Shown piece after piece: positions 1-14,260 of a stretch of DNA of 51,476 bases. The stretch covers positions 1-51,476 of the forward strand of contig JAUCBJ010002447.1 in assembly GCA_032718475.1 (NCBI GenBank), written 5' to 3'. The position numbers and the translations under genes were made by a program. Within the stretch, counting starts at the first letter, position 1; each line of letters begins with the position of its first letter. The notes beneath the pieces are model-generated. The model did not search any database. It saw only the letters and a list, made by a program, of their open reading frames with translations, and had not been told where the DNA came from. The DNA is from Nemertoderma westbladi. Its lineage: Eukaryota; Animalia; Xenacoelomorpha.

Positions 1-1256
1 AATCAGGCGGGGATAGAGCCCAAAGGGCTCGATAGAGAACTTTATAGAGGTAAATATACGCCACAGACCACAAAAGACAAAGTCCACAAAACACTTAGCA
101 AAAACTTATCCTGACTCAATTGTACAGGCATTATGGGAGGGGGTGACAAGTAGGCTCTTATGGAGAACTACAATAGGTGCGGTCATTCTGTTTTTTGCAT
201 CGTATAGAGGACCAATATCTAAGATCTGGGAGTTTTTTTCAAAAAATTTTGTTAATTAATTAATTAGTAATTAACGATTGAAAACTTTTAATCGATATAT
301 CTCGAAAACTAAAAGACTTTTTATATAAACAATGACTGGCGATATTGTTGGTCTCGACGAGCTCTACAAAAAACCCTGTCACGGCGAACCCATATCTATT
401 ACCGTTAATGAGTTATTAATTAGCGAAATCTCATTAGCGCTGTATCTCGAAAACGGCGGCAGCTACGAAAAAATTTTCTCTGGCAAAGTTGTAGAGAATG
501 GAATTTCGAGTATAAAAGTCTTCTCCGGCAAGTCCGTACGACCAACCCTTAATGAGATATTCGTTAATTACTAATTAATATATGGCCCGCCCCGATATCT
601 CGAGAATGGCTGCAGCTACGAAGATGGGACCGACGCCATTTTGTAGACAGTATACGAGTTGCTACTGAAGAGTGTCGTTAGTTTTGGGCTGCGACCCAGT
701 CCTTGACCTCCAGGGGTCAATGTTCTAGAATTTTCGGTTTTGGAGGCATTTTAACCTATAAGGAGTGCAGCTATCGAAAAACGTAACACAGCAAAAATGT
801 TCGCAATGGTCGACTTAGTAGGGGTAGGTAAAATAAAAAATGCAAAAACTGTAAGCGTTAATTAGTTATGTATTAATTAATAATTAATTATTGCCCCACC
901 CCAATATCTCGAGAACGGCTCTAGCTACGGACATGGGACCAACGCCGTTTTGTAGGCAGTGTATGAGTTGCTACTGAAGAGTGCCGTTAGTTTTCGGCTG
1001 CGACCCTGTGCTTGACCTCTAGAGGTCAATGTTCTAGAATTTAGCGTTTCGGTGACCTTTTGACCTATAAGGAGTACAGCTATCAAAAAACGTAACGCAG
1101 CAAAAATGTTCGCAATGGTTGACTTAGTGGGGGTAGATGAAATAAAAAATGGAAAAAGTTTAAATGTTAAGGGTCAAAAGGTCAAAGATCTTTGATGATA
1201 GTATTCGTGATAAAACATAAGGATATTTAGAAGTCAGGTTGTATACAAAAGTCATT

Positions 1257-1291
1257 TGGTTCACCCAGACATGAAATGGCTGGGTGAACCA
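1257..1291. other. Long subterminal hairpin present in every 1.73-kb unit
   Basis: TGGTTCACCCAG (1257-1268) pairs with CTGGGTGAACCA (1280-1291), with an inner CAT/ATG pair. Confidence 0.85.
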
Positions 1292-1702
1292 TCATTAAAC
1301 AATCACCCATGGTCTATTTGAAATTAAAGTAATCATGTTAAGGGTGGTGGGTGGGTGTTGCTATAGCTGTCTGTAAGCTATTACTAATATACTGAAGCTA
1401 TTACTAATATACTGGTCCAGTAGTACTACATTTAGTTAGAAGTTTTCTGAGGTATTAATCATTACATTTGTATAATGGAGTTAACCAATACAATAAATGT
1501 ATATGTTTGAACCTGCCTTACAAATCGACTTAGATTTCTTCAATGTTTTGAATTGTATAATTGAAGGCATCGCCTGTGTATGATTCCAAATGCATTGGTA
1601 TAAATAATAACATATCTTCATATTTACAATGTTTGTGTTGATACAACACAATAAAACCACAAGTACTATTAATTAAATTGCACCACGCAGTGATGCTTGC
1701 AT

Positions 1703-1770
1703 GCGCAAATGTCCTCATTTGCGCTCTACTCTAGATGGGATCAGGCGGGGATAGAGCCCATAGGGCTCGA
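1703..1770 (+). other. Structured module junction (9-bp hairpin, CTAG|ATGG, 6-bp hairpin); resembles a Helitron 3' terminus
   Basis: Stem GCGCAAATG/CATTTGCGC at 1703-1724, CTAG at 1731-1734, then GAGCCC-ATA-GGGCTC. A hairpin just upstream of CTRR is the established Helitron 3' signature; applying it here is inference. Confidence 0.6.
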
Positions 1771-4700
1771 CAGAGAACCTCATAGACCATAGAAAACGCC
1801 ACAGAGAACGAAACACAGAGAGCACAAAACATATAACACCAACCTATCCTGCTCAATATTTACAGGCTTATGCAGTGGGGTGCGAAGTAGGCACATCTCA
1901 TAGAAGGGAAATAGCTACGGTCGTTCTGTTTTTTGCATCGTGTAGAGGACCAATATCTAAGATCTGGGAGTTTTTTGCAAAAAATTTTGTTAATTAACTA
2001 ATTAGTAATTAACGATTGAAAACTTTTAATCGATATATCTCGAAAACTAAAAGACTTTTTATATAAACAATGACTGGCGAAATTGTTGGTCTAGACGAGC
2101 TCTACAAAAAACCCTGTCACGGCGAACCCATATCTATTACCGTTAATGAGTTATTAATTAACGAAATCTAATTAGCGCTGTATCTCGAAAACGGCCGCAG
2201 CTACGAAAAAATTTTCTCTGGCAAAGTTGTAGAGAATGCAATTTCGAGTATAAAAGTCTTCTGCGGCAAGTCCGTACGACCAACCCTTAATGAGATATTC
2301 GTTAATTACTAATTAATATATGGCCCGCCCCGATATCTCGAGAATGGCTGCAGCTACGAAGATGGGACCGACGCCATTTTGTAGACAGTATACGAGTTGC
2401 TACTGAAGAGTGTCGTTAGTTTTGGGCTGCGACCCTGTCCTTGACCTCCAGGGGTCAATGTTCTCGATTTTTCGGATTCGGAGGCATTTTAACCTATAAG
2501 GAGTGCAGCTATCGAAAAACGTAACACAGCAAAAATGTTCGCAATGGTCGACTTAGTGGGGGTAGGTAAAATAAAAAATGCAAAAAGTGTAAGCGTTAAT
2601 TAGTTATGTATTAATTAATAATTAATTATTGCTCCACCCCAATATCTCGAGAACGGCTCTAGCTACGGACATGGGACCAACGCCGTTTTGTAGGCAGTGT
2701 ATGAGTTGCTACTGAAGAGTGCCGTTAGTTTTGGGCTGCGACCCTGTGCTTGACCTCTAGAGGTCAATGTTCTAGAATTTAGCGTTTCGGTGACCTTTTG
2801 ACCTATAAGGAGTACAGCTATCAAAAAACGTAACACAGCAAAAATGTTCACAATGGTCGACTTAGTGGGGGTAGATGAAATAAAAAATGCAAAAAGTTTA
2901 AATGTTAAGGGTCAAAAGGTCAAAGATATTTGATCATAGTTTTCGTGATAAAACATAAGGATATTTAGAAGTCAGGTTGTATACAAAAGTCATTTGGTTC
3001 ACCCAGACATGAAATGGCTGGGTGAACCATCATTAAACAATCACCCATGGTCTATTTGAAATTAAAGTAATCATGTTAAGGGTGGTGGGTGGGTATTTGC
3101 TATAGCTGTCTGTAAGCTATTACTAATATACTGGTCCAGTAGTACTACATGTAGTTAAAAGTTTTCTGAGGTATTAATCGTTACATTTGTATAATGGAGT
3201 TAACCAATACAATAAATGTATATGCTTGAACCCGCCTTACAAATCGACTTAGATTTCTTCAATGTTTTGAATTGAATAATTGAAGGCATCGCCTGTGTAT
3301 GATTCCAAATGCATGGGTATAGATAATAACATCTCTTCATATTTACAATTTTTGTGTTGGTACAACACAATAAAACCACAAGTACTATTAATTAAATTGC
3401 CCCACGCAGTGATGCTTGCATGCGCAAATGTCCTCATTTGCGCTCTACTCTAGATGGGATCAGGCGGGGATAGAGCCCATAGGGCTCGACAGAGAACCTC
3501 ATAGACCATAGAAAACGCCACAGAGAACGAAACACAGAGAGCACAAAACATATAACACCAACCTATCCTGCTCAATATTTACAGGCTTATGCAGTGGGGT
3601 GACAAGTAGGCACATCTCATAGAAGGGAAATAGCTACGGTCATTCTGTCTTTTGCATCGTGTAGAGGACCAATATCTAAGATCTGGGAGTTTTTTGCAAA
3701 AAATTTTGTTAATTAATTAATTAGTAATTAACGATTGAAAACTTTTAATCGATATATCTCGAAAACTAAAAGACTTTTTATATAAACAATGACTGGCGAT
3801 ATTGTTGGTCTCGACGAGCTCTACAAAAAACCCTGTCACGGCGAACCCATATCTATTACCGTTAATGAGTTATTAATTAGCGAAATCTCATTAGCGCTGT
3901 ATCTCGAAAACGGCGGCAGCTACGAAAAAATTTTCTCTGGCAAAGTTGTAGAGAATGGAATTTCGAGTATAAAAGTCTTCTGCGGCAAGTCCGTACGACC
4001 AACCCTTAATGAGATATTCGTTAATTACTAATTAATATATGGCCCGCCCCGATATCTCGAGAATGGCTGCAGCTACGAAGATGGGACCGACGCCATTTTG
4101 TAGACAGTATACGAGTTGCTACTGAAGAGTGTCGTTAGTTTTGGGCTGCGACCCAGTCCTTGACCTCCAGGGGTCAATGTTCTAGAATTTTCGGTTTCGG
4201 AGGCATTTTAACCTATAAGGAGTGCAGCTATCGAAAAACGTAACACAGCAAAAATGTTCGCAATGGTCGACTTAGTGGGGGTAGGTAAAATAAAAAATGC
4301 GAAAAGTGTAAGCGTTAATTAGTTATGTATTAATTAATAATTAATTATTGCCCCACCCCAATATCTCGAGAACGGCTGTAGCTACGGACATGGGACCAAC
4401 GCCGTTTTGTAGGCAGTGTATGAGTTGCTACTGAAGAGTGCCGTTAGTTTTGGGCTGCGACCCTGTGCTTGACCTCTAGAGGTCAATGTTCTAGAATTTA
4501 GCGTTTCGGTGACCTTTTGACCTATAAGGAGTACAGCTATCAAAAAACGTAACACAGCAAAAATGTTCGCAATGGTCGACTTAGTGGGGGTAGATGAAAT
4601 AAAAAATGCAAAAAGTTTAAATGTTAAGGGTCAAAAGGTCAAAGATATTTGATCATAGTATTCATGATAAAACATAAGGATATTTGGAAGTCAGGTTGTA

Positions 4701-7700
4701 TACAAAAGTCATTTGGTTCACCCAGACATGAAATGGCTGGGTGAACCATCATTAAACAATCACCCATGGTCTATTTGAAATTAAAGTAATCATGTTAAGG
4801 GTGGTGGGTGGGTGTTGCTATAGCTGTCTGTAAGCTATTACTAATATATTGAAGCTATTACTAATATACTGGTCCAGTAGTACTACATGTAGTTAGAAGT
4901 TTTCTGAGGTATTAATCGTTACATTTGTATAATGGAGTTAACCAATACAATAAATGTATATGCTTGAACCCGCCTTACAAATCGACTTAGATTTCTTCAA
5001 TGTTTTGAATTGAATAATTGAAGGCATCGCCTGTGTATGATTCCAAATGCATGGGTATAGATAATAACATCTCTTCATATTTACAATGTTTGTGTTGATA
5101 CAACACAATAAAACCACAAGTACTATTAATTAAATTGCCCCACGCAGTGATGCTTGCATGCGCAAATGTCCTCATTTGCGCTCTACTCTAGATGGGATCA
5201 GGCGTGGATAGAGCCCATAGGGCTCGACAGAGAACCTCATAGACCATAGAAAACGCCACAGAGAACGAAACACAGAGAGCACAAAACATATAACACCAAC
5301 CTATCCTGCTCAATATTTACAGGCTTATGCAGTGGGGTGACAAGTAGGCACATCTCATAGAAGGGAAATAGCTACGGTCATTCTGTTTTTTGCATCGTGT
5401 AGAGGACCAATATCTAAGATCTGGGAGTTTTTTACAAAAAATTTTGTTAATTAATTAATTAGTAATTAACGATTGAAAACTTTTAATCGATATATCTCGA
5501 AAACTAAAAGACTTTTTATATAAACAATGACTGGCGATATTGTTGGTCTCGACGAGCTCTACAAAAAACCCTGTCACGGCGAACCCATATCTATTACCGT
5601 TAATGAGTTATTAATTAGCGAAATCTCATTAGCGCTGTATCTCGAAAACGGCGGCAGCCACGAAAAAATTTTCTCTGGCAAAGTTGTAGAGAATGGAATT
5701 TCGAGTATAAAAGTCTTCTGCGGCAAGTCCGCACGACCAACCCTTAATGAGATATTCGTTAATTACTAATTAATATATGGCCCGCCCCGATATCTCGAGA
5801 ATGGCTGCAGCTACGAAGATGGGACCGACGCCATTTTGTAGACAGTATACGAGTTGCTACTGAAGAGTGTCGTTAGTTTTGGGCTGCGACCCTGTCCTTG
5901 ACCTCCAGGGGTCAATGTTCTAGAATTTTCGGTTTCGGAGGCATTTTAACCTATAAGGAGTGCAGCTATCGAAAAACGTAACACAGCAAAAATGTTCGCA
6001 ATGGTCGACTTAGTGGGGGTAGGTAAAATAAAAAATGCAAAAAGTGTAAGCGTTAATTAGTTATGTATTAATTAATAATTAATTATTGCCCCACCCCAAT
6101 ATCTTGAGAACGGCTCTAGCTACGGACATGGGACCAACGCCGTTTTGTAGGCAGTGTATGAGTTGCTACTGAAGAGTGCCGTTAGTTTTGGACTGCGACC
6201 CTGTGCTTGACCTCTAGAGGTCAATGTTCTAGAATTTAGCGTTTCGGTGACCTTTTGACCTATAAGGAGTACAGCTATCAAAAAACGTAACGCAGCAAAA
6301 ATGTTCGCAATGGTTGACTTAGTGGGGGTAGATGAAATAAAAAATGGAAAAAGTTTAAATGTTAAGGGTCAAAAGGTCAAAGATCTTTGATGATAGTATT
6401 CGTGATAAAACATAAGGATATTTAGAAGTCAGGTTGTATACAAAAGTCATGTGGTTCACCCAGACATGAAATGGCTGGGTGAACCATCATTAAACAATCA
6501 CCCATGGTCTATTGGAAATTAAAGTAATCATGTTAAGGGTGGTGGGTGGGTGTTGCTATAGCTGTCTGTAAGCTATTACTAATATACTGAAGCTATTACT
6601 AATATACTGGTCCAGTAGTACTACATGTAGTTAGAAGTTTTCTGAGGTATTAATCGTTACATTTAGGAGTAATTTGTATAATGGAGTTAACCAATACAAT
6701 AAATGTATATGCTTGAACCTGCCTTACAAATAGACTTAGATTTCTTCAATGTTTTGTATTGAATAATTGAAGGCATCGCCTGTGTATGATTCCAAATGCA
6801 TGGGTATAGATAATAACATCTCTTCATATTTACAATGTTTGTGTTGGTACAACACAATAAAACCAAAAGTACTATTAATTAAATTGCCCCACGCAGTGAT
6901 GCTTGCATGCGCAAATGTCCTCATTTGCGCTCTACTCTAGATGGGATCAGGCGGGATAGAGCCCAAAGGGCTCGATAGAGACCTCATAGACCATAGAAAA
7001 CGCCACAGAGAACGAAACACAGAGAGCACAAAACATATAACACCAACCTATCCTGACTCAATTGTACAGGGTTATGGAGTGGGGTGGGAAGTAGGCACAT
7101 CTCATAGAAGGGAAATAGCTACGGTCGTTCTGTTTTTTGCATCGTGTAGAGGACCAATATCTAAGATCTGGGAGTTTTTTGCAAAAAATTTTGTTAATTA
7201 ATTAATTAGTAATTAACGATTGAAAACTTTTAATCGATATATCTCGAAAACTAAAAGACTTTTTATATAAACAATGACTGGCGAAATTGTTGGTCTAGAC
7301 GAGCTCTACAAAAAACCCTGTCACGGCGAACCCATATCTATTACCGTTAATGAGTTATTAATTAACGAAATCTAATTAGCGCTGTATCTCGAAAACGGCG
7401 GCAGCTACGAAAAAATGTTCTCTGGCAAAGTTGTAGAGAATGGAATTTCGAGTATAAAAGTCTTCTGCGGCAAGTCCGTACGACCAACCCTTAATGAGAT
7501 ATTCGTTAATTACTAATTAATATATGGCCCGCCCCGATATCTCGAGAATGGCTGCAGCTACGAAGATGGGACCGACGCCATTTTGTAGACAGTATACGAG
7601 TTGCTACTGAAGAGTGTCGTTAGTTTTGGGCTGCGACCCTGTCCTTGACCTCCAGGGGTCAATGTTCTCGATTTTTCGGATTCGGAGGCATTTTAACCTA

Positions 7701-10394
7701 TAAGGAGTGCAGCTATCGAAAAACGTAACACAGCAAAAATGTTCGCAATGGTCGACTTAGTGGGGGTAGGTAAAGTAAAAAATGCAAAAAGTGTAAGCGT
7801 TAATTAGTTATGTATTAATTAATAATTAATTATTGCTCCACCCCAATATCTCGAGAACGGCTCTAGCTACGGACATGGGACCAACGCCGTTTTGTAGGCA
7901 GTGTATGAGTTGCTACTGAAGAGTGCCGTTAGTTTTGGGCTGCGACCCTGTGCTTGACCTCTAGAGGTCAATGTTCTAGAATTTAGCGTTTCGGTGATCT
8001 TTTGACCTATAAGGAGTACAGCTATCAAAAAACGTAACACAGCAAAAATGTTCACAATGGTCGACTTAGTGGGGGTATATGAAATAAAAAATGCAAAAAG
8101 TTTAAATGTTAAGGGTCAAAAGGTCAAAGATCTTTGATGATAGTATTCGTGATAAAACATAAGGATATTTAGAAGTCAGGTTGTATGCAAAAGTCATTTG
8201 GTTCACCCAGACATGAAATGGCTGGGTGAACCATCATTAAACAATCACCCATGGTCTATTTGAAATTAAAGTAATCATGTTAAGGGTGGTGGGTGGGTGT
8301 TGCTATAGCTGTCTGTAAGCTATTACTAATATACTGAAGCTATTACTAATATACTGGTCCAGTAGTACTACATGTAGTTAGAAGTTTTCTGAGGTATTAA
8401 TCGTTACATTTGTATAATGGAGTTAACCAATACAATAAATGTATATGCTTGAACCTGCCTTACAAATCGACTTAGATTTCTTCAATATTTTGAATTGAAT
8501 AATTGAAGGCATCACCTGTGTATGATTCCAAATGCATGGGTATAGATAATAACATCTCTTCATATTTACAATGTTTGGGTTGGTACAACACAATAAAACC
8601 ACAAGTACTATTAATTAAATTGCCCCACGCAGTGATGCTTGCATGCGCAAATGTCCTCATTTGCGCTCTACTCTAGATGGGATCAGGCGTGGATAGAGCC
8701 CATAGGGCTCGATAGAGACCTCATAGACCATAGAAAACGCCACAGAGAACGAAACACAGAGAGCACAAAACATATAACACCAACCTATCCTGCTCAATAT
8801 TTACAGGCTTATGCAGTGGGGTGACAAGTAGGCACATCTCATAGAAGGGAAATAGCTACGGTCGTTCTGTTTTTTGCATCGTGTAGAGGACCAATATCTA
8901 AGATCTGGGAGTTTTTTGCAAAAAATTTTGTTAATTAACTAATTAGTAATTAACGATTGAAAACTTTTAATCGATATATCTCGAAAACTAAAAGACTTTT
9001 TATATAAACAATGACTGGCGAAATTGTTGGTCTAGACGAGCTCTACAAAAAACCCTGTCACGGCGAACCCATATCTATTACCGTTAATGAGTTATTAATT
9101 AACGAAATCTAATTAGCGCTGTATCTCGAAAACGGCCGCAGCTACGAAAAACTTTTCTCTGGCAAAGTTGTAGAGAATGCAATTTCGAGTATAAAAGTCT
9201 TCTGCGGCAAGTCCGTACAACCAACCCTTAATGAGATATTCGTTAATTACTAATTAATATATGGCCCGCCCCGATATCTCGAGAATGGCTGCAGCTACGA
9301 AGATGGGACCGACGCCATTTTGTAGACAGTATACGAGTTGCTACTGAAGAGTGTCGTTAGTTTTGGGCTGCGACCCTGTCCTTGACCTCCAGGGGTCAAT
9401 GTTCTCGAATTTTCGGATTCGGAGGCATTTTAACCTATAAGGAGTGCAGCTATCGAAAAACGCAACACAGCAAAAATGTTCGCAATGGTCGACTTAGTGG
9501 GGGTAGGTAAAATAAAAAATGCAAAAAGTGTAAGCGTTAATTAGTTATGTATTAATTAATAATTAATTATTGCTCCACCCCAATATCTCGAGAACGGCTC
9601 TAGCTACGGACATGGGACCAACGCCGTTTTGTAGGCAGTGTATGAGTTGCTACTGAAGAGTGCCGTTAGTTTTGGGCTGCGACCCTGTGCTTGACCTCTA
9701 GATGTCAATGTTCTAGAATTTAGCGTTTCGGTGACCTTTTGACCTATAAGGAGTACAGCTATCAAAAAACGTAACACAGCAAAAATGTTCACAATGGTCG
9801 ACTTAGTGGGGGTAGATGAAATAAAAAATGCAAAAAGTTTAAATGTTAAGGGTCAAAAGGTCAAAGATATTTGATCATAGTTTTCGTGATAAAACATAAG
9901 GATATTTGGAAGTCAGGTTGTATACAAAAGTCATTTGGTTCACCCAGACATGAAATGGCTGGGTGAACCATCATTAAACAATCACCCATGGTCTATTTGA
10001 AATTAAAGTAATCATGTTAAGGGTGGTGGGTGGGAATTTGCTATAGCTGTCTGTAAGCTATTACAAATATACTGGTCCAGTAGTACTACATGTAGTTAAA
10101 AGTTTTCTGAGGTATTAATCGTTACATTTGTATAATGGAGTTAACCAATACAATAAATGTATATGCTTGAACCCGCCTTACAAATCGACTTAGATTTCTT
10201 CAATGTTTTGAATTGAATAATTGAAGGCATCGCCTGTGTATGATTCCAAATGCATGGGTATAGATAATAACATCTCTTCATATTTACAATTTTTGTGTTG
10301 GTACAACACAATAAAACCACAAGTACTATTAATTAAATTGCCCCACGCAGTGATGCTTGCATGCGCAAATGTCCTCATTTGCGCTCTACTCTAG

Positions 10395-13311
10395 ATGGGT
10401 TGGTGTAGGATGGAGTCCTCCAGGACGACAGTACTGGCTCTAAGCATTGGTGCAACACCATTTTTTTTATAATTTTCAGGGCTCCCCGACGACTATGCCA
10501 TCTTGGCTTCTGGAGAGAACGGCTGAAGGGTTTGGGCTGAAATTTGGCATGGAGGGTCCATAGGCATTTATAATAGCCAGGAGTTTTTTTGGGCGCGAAC
10601 CGTACATGAGATCTTGGAAAAGTGCTATTTTATGTACTACATTTTGTAAATATTCATCACAATTTGTCAATATTCATCCGCGGGATCATTCTACATAGTG
10701 TGTTTTTTAACAGTATCTATGACGACATCTAAAACAATGGCCAATCTGCATACAGTATAGAATTGGAAGCTAAATCGCACTACCACTGTTCCAGTTGTTG
10801 TATTCCCTTGGAAACTGTACGAATTATGAATAGCTGGCTTTATGTTTATTATGTGTAGGCATTACTGCATTAATTAATAAATATACTGTAGTTACGGTGT
10901 TACGTAATCAGTATGTGTAGGCTGTATGCATAGAATTTAATTTACTACCACATAGCTATAGGCTGTCAGCATTGCCTGAATTACTGCATGCACAGATTTA
11001 TTTAATAGCTATAATAAATTATTGCCACTGAAACTGTCAGATGGTGTTGCAAGTGCCTACCACGGTAAATCAGATACGGTAATACTGCAGTGTATTTATT
11101 TGTAGTAGGCCTTTTAGAATAACTTGAAATAATATATAAACGGCCTCTCAGGCAATGCCAGTCAGTCAGTCAGGTCAGCAGGTAGCTAGCTATATTTAAA
11201 TAATAATTCATAATTATTGTACATACCGCATGTCTGCCAGTAGGCCTAAAGCTCTGTTATGGGAATTATTATTGTTATTATGTCGCTGTACAGGCTGTTT
11301 AGAATTAGTGCATTTGCTTACAATGCCGGCAGTTCTGCATTTGACCCCATTTCGTTAATATTGTAGTGTAGGCCTACCAGATCAAGTGGCATGGGATCGT
11401 GGTTATTTAGCTAGTACAGACTGACAGAGCACAGATATTAATTTATTAGTTAAAATTAATTATGTTGAAGGATTCTGCACTTTGTATAAATAGTTATATG
11501 TCATAAGCATGTGAGGGGGTGGGGGGTTTACCCCCCCCCCCCCCCCTAACTTTTTGCAGCCTTCTATAAAAAAAAGAACTAACGGTACTGTTTTTTCTGT
11601 GTTCAGTTCACTACCGCAATGCATTTTGACCCGGTTCTACAATAATTACACATTATTGGTGCGATTTAATATCGACTCAAACCATCCACAGAATACGGCG
11701 CGGTTCACCAACTCGGATCCACCAAACAACAACACGGTTTAGACGCGGATGGATCAATAAAATCGGCGCGGTTTCAACCGCAATTAAAACCAACCAGATG
11801 CGATCCAACCAAACATTGTAGCGGTTCGCACAGACTCGGTTACAGTCTTACAGTGGACACAAACGCGGTTTAGTTCCGGATCAATAAAAAACGGCGCGGT
11901 TTCAACCGCAATTAAAACCAACCAGATGCGATCCAACCAAACATTGTAGCGGTTCGCACAGACTCGGTTACAGTGGACACAAACGCGGTTTAGTTCCGGA
12001 TCAATAAAAAACGGCGCGGTTCCATCCGCAATAAAACCAACCTGATGCGATCCAACCAAACATTGTTGCGGTTCGCACAGACTCGGTTACAGTGGACGCC
12101 AACGCGGTTTAGTTTCGGATCAATAAAAAACGGCGCGGTTCCATCCGCAATAAAACCAACCTGATGCGATCCAACCAAACATTGTTGCGGTTCGCACAGA
12201 CTCGGTTACTGTGGACGCCAACGCGGTTTAGTTTCGGATCAATAAAAAACGGCGCGGTTCCATCCGCAATAAAACCAACCTGATGCGATCCAACCAAACA
12301 TTGTTGCGGTTCGCACAGACTCGGTTACAGTGGACGCCAACGCGGTTTAGTTTCGGATCAATAAAAACGGCGCGGTTCCATCCGCAATAAAACCAACCTG
12401 ATGCGATCCAACCAAACATTGTTGCGGTTCGCACAGACTCGGTTACAGTGGACGCCAACGCGGTTTAGTTTCGGATCAATAAAAAACGGCGCTTTTCCAT
12501 CCGCAATAAAACCAACCTGATGCGATCCAACCAAACATTGTTGCGGTTCGCACAGACTCGGTTACAGTGGACGCCAACGCGGTTTAGTTTCGGATCAATA
12601 AAAAACGGCGCGGTTCCATCCGCAATAAAACCAACCTGATGCGATCCAACCAAACATTGTTGCGGTTCGCACAGACTCGGTTACAGTGGACGCCAACGCG
12701 GTTTAGTTTCGGATCAATAAAAAACGGCGCGGTTCCATCCGCAATAAAACCAACCTGATGCGATCCAACCAAACATTGTTGCGGTTCGCACAGACTCGGT
12801 TACAGAGGACACCAACGCGGTTTAGTTCTGCATCAATAAAAAATGGAACGGTTTCAACCGCAATAAAAGCAACCATAATGGATCATCCCAACTCCCCACC
12901 CCCCCCCCCCCCCCCCCCCCAACGTAGTGGATGCAGCCCCGCCACCCCCCCCCCCCCCAGCCATGCTACCATTTCTAATCCATAATTATGGGGGGGGGGC
13001 CTTGCGCCTGTGTCAGCAGGACACAGGCGCAGTTATTGGATATGTCCGATTATACAATTACGCAAGTAAGTTATATAGACTAACCCATGTATCTTAAAAA
13101 TGAAATTTTTTAGAAATTAATTATTATAAAGTTATTTTTCTTATTGTATATATCAATTTATTATTATTTTCTCATGATTTGGATATTTTTTTCTTAAATA
13201 ATAATGAAATATTTAATAGATTTAATAATTTCTAAAAGTAATTTGTAATCTTCATGATTAAGTAAGTAATTCTTGCAACAGTGGAGTATGCGTATACTCC
13301 ACCATCTCTGG
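10395..13311 (+). mobile_element. Module 7: diverged 2.9-kb member of the array family, carrying a 119-bp satellite (putative non-autonomous rolling-circle element)
   Basis: Starts ATGGG...GATGGA-GTCCT-CC-AGGAC-GACAG. Ends with a 12-bp-stem hairpin (13003-13031), a 9-bp hairpin GTGGAGTAT/ATACTCCAC (13281-13302) and CTGG|ATGG. Confidence 0.55.
11751..12872. repeat. Tandem repeat, ~119-bp monomer, about 9.3 copies
   Basis: GGATCAATAA recurs at 11751, 11878, 11998, 12117, 12236, 12355, 12473, 12592 and 12711, with a degenerate copy at 12830. Flanked by G/C homopolymer tracts. Confidence 0.97.
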
Positions 13312-14260
13312 ATGGTCTGGCTGCAACCGGAGAGCCAAAGGCTCGACAGAGAATTATGAGGTATAGATACTGCAGCCTATTTAACGGAACATAGAACCCA
13401 CCATCAACACCAACAGAAAACCTCATAATTTACTATATATAGCAAACTCGTGTGTAGTAGGCACTTTGCTTTGATCTTTTTTAGGTCGATTTTTAAAGGA
13501 TTTTTCCAGGAGAACGGCGAAAGCTAGAACGATTCTGTTTGCGCGATCTTATAGATGTCCCGAGCGTGCACAGCAGAGAAATTTTTGGCAAAAATCTGTT
13601 AATTAATTAATTAGTAATTAGCGATTAAAGATTTCTAATTGATTTTTCTCGAAAAGTATTTGGTTTTTCACCTAGCAACGGTGTTTTTTTTTGTTCATCT
13701 CGGTAAGATCTAAAAAAAGTTCAGTCATCGCTATGGCCCTCCTATTACTGTTAATTAGTACTAATTAGCCGAAAACTAATTAGCGTCGTAACTTGAAAAC
13801 ACTAAGAGCTATGAAAAAACGTAACATCACAAAGTTGTTCGGAATTTTATTCTACACAAAAAAGTCTGTGGCGCCGATGCCGTATCTCCTACCGTTAATT
13901 AGTAATTAACTAATTACTTAATTACCTAATTGGCGGGGGGGCTTTGTCCCCCCCGCCCCCAAATCCTTATTCACAAGGTGTATCAAAGCGGTTTACTATT
14001 TTACAAATGATAATTACTCTAAAATCTTTTGAATCAAACTAATTAACGATTTTACTAATTAGTAAAGTTTCCCAAATTAATTAATAATTTATCCAATCCG
14101 GCTGCAATTAATTAAACAGCTGAGTCGTCAGCCTGGTTTGATGAACTTGATGAAATCATAAAGTCAGTAGTTGCTGTATGCCATTACTGACTAAAACTAT
14201 ATACCAAGCACCTCTTGCCGGTAGCTATCTCCACAGTCTGTAGTGAGCACCGGTGCAGGT

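Larger units (their letters stand above)
1..10394. repeat. Tandem array of six ~1.73-kb non-coding units (first unit cut by window start)
   Basis: Units end in GCGCAAATG-TCCT-CATTTGCGC-TCTACT-CTAG at 1734, 3453, 5191, 6940, 8676 and 10394. Units 2-6 are 1719, 1738, 1749, 1736 and 1718 bp and near-identical. The same short ORFs recur with this period. Confidence 0.98.

Noticed and set aside
666-700. Hammerhead ribozyme core (CTGAAGA in the units; CTGATGC in the 119-bp repeat)
   Set aside because: No stem II closed by GAAA follows, and no compatible stems I and III were found.
332-10378. Recurrent 61-86 aa ORFs in the 1.73-kb units
   Set aside because: No recognisable motifs; the 80-aa ORF is broken by a stop in units 2, 5 and 6; recurrence just reflects the repeat.
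1-10394. Tandem 5S, tRNA, snRNA, SL-RNA or histone gene cluster
   Set aside because: No recognisable 5S or tRNA boxes, snRNA sequence or histone ORF; a covariance-model search would be needed to exclude an unusual ncRNA.
11751-12872. CRISPR array or coding repeat
   Set aside because: Contiguous monomers with no unique spacers and no cas genes; 119 is not a multiple of 3, so ORFs rotate frames.
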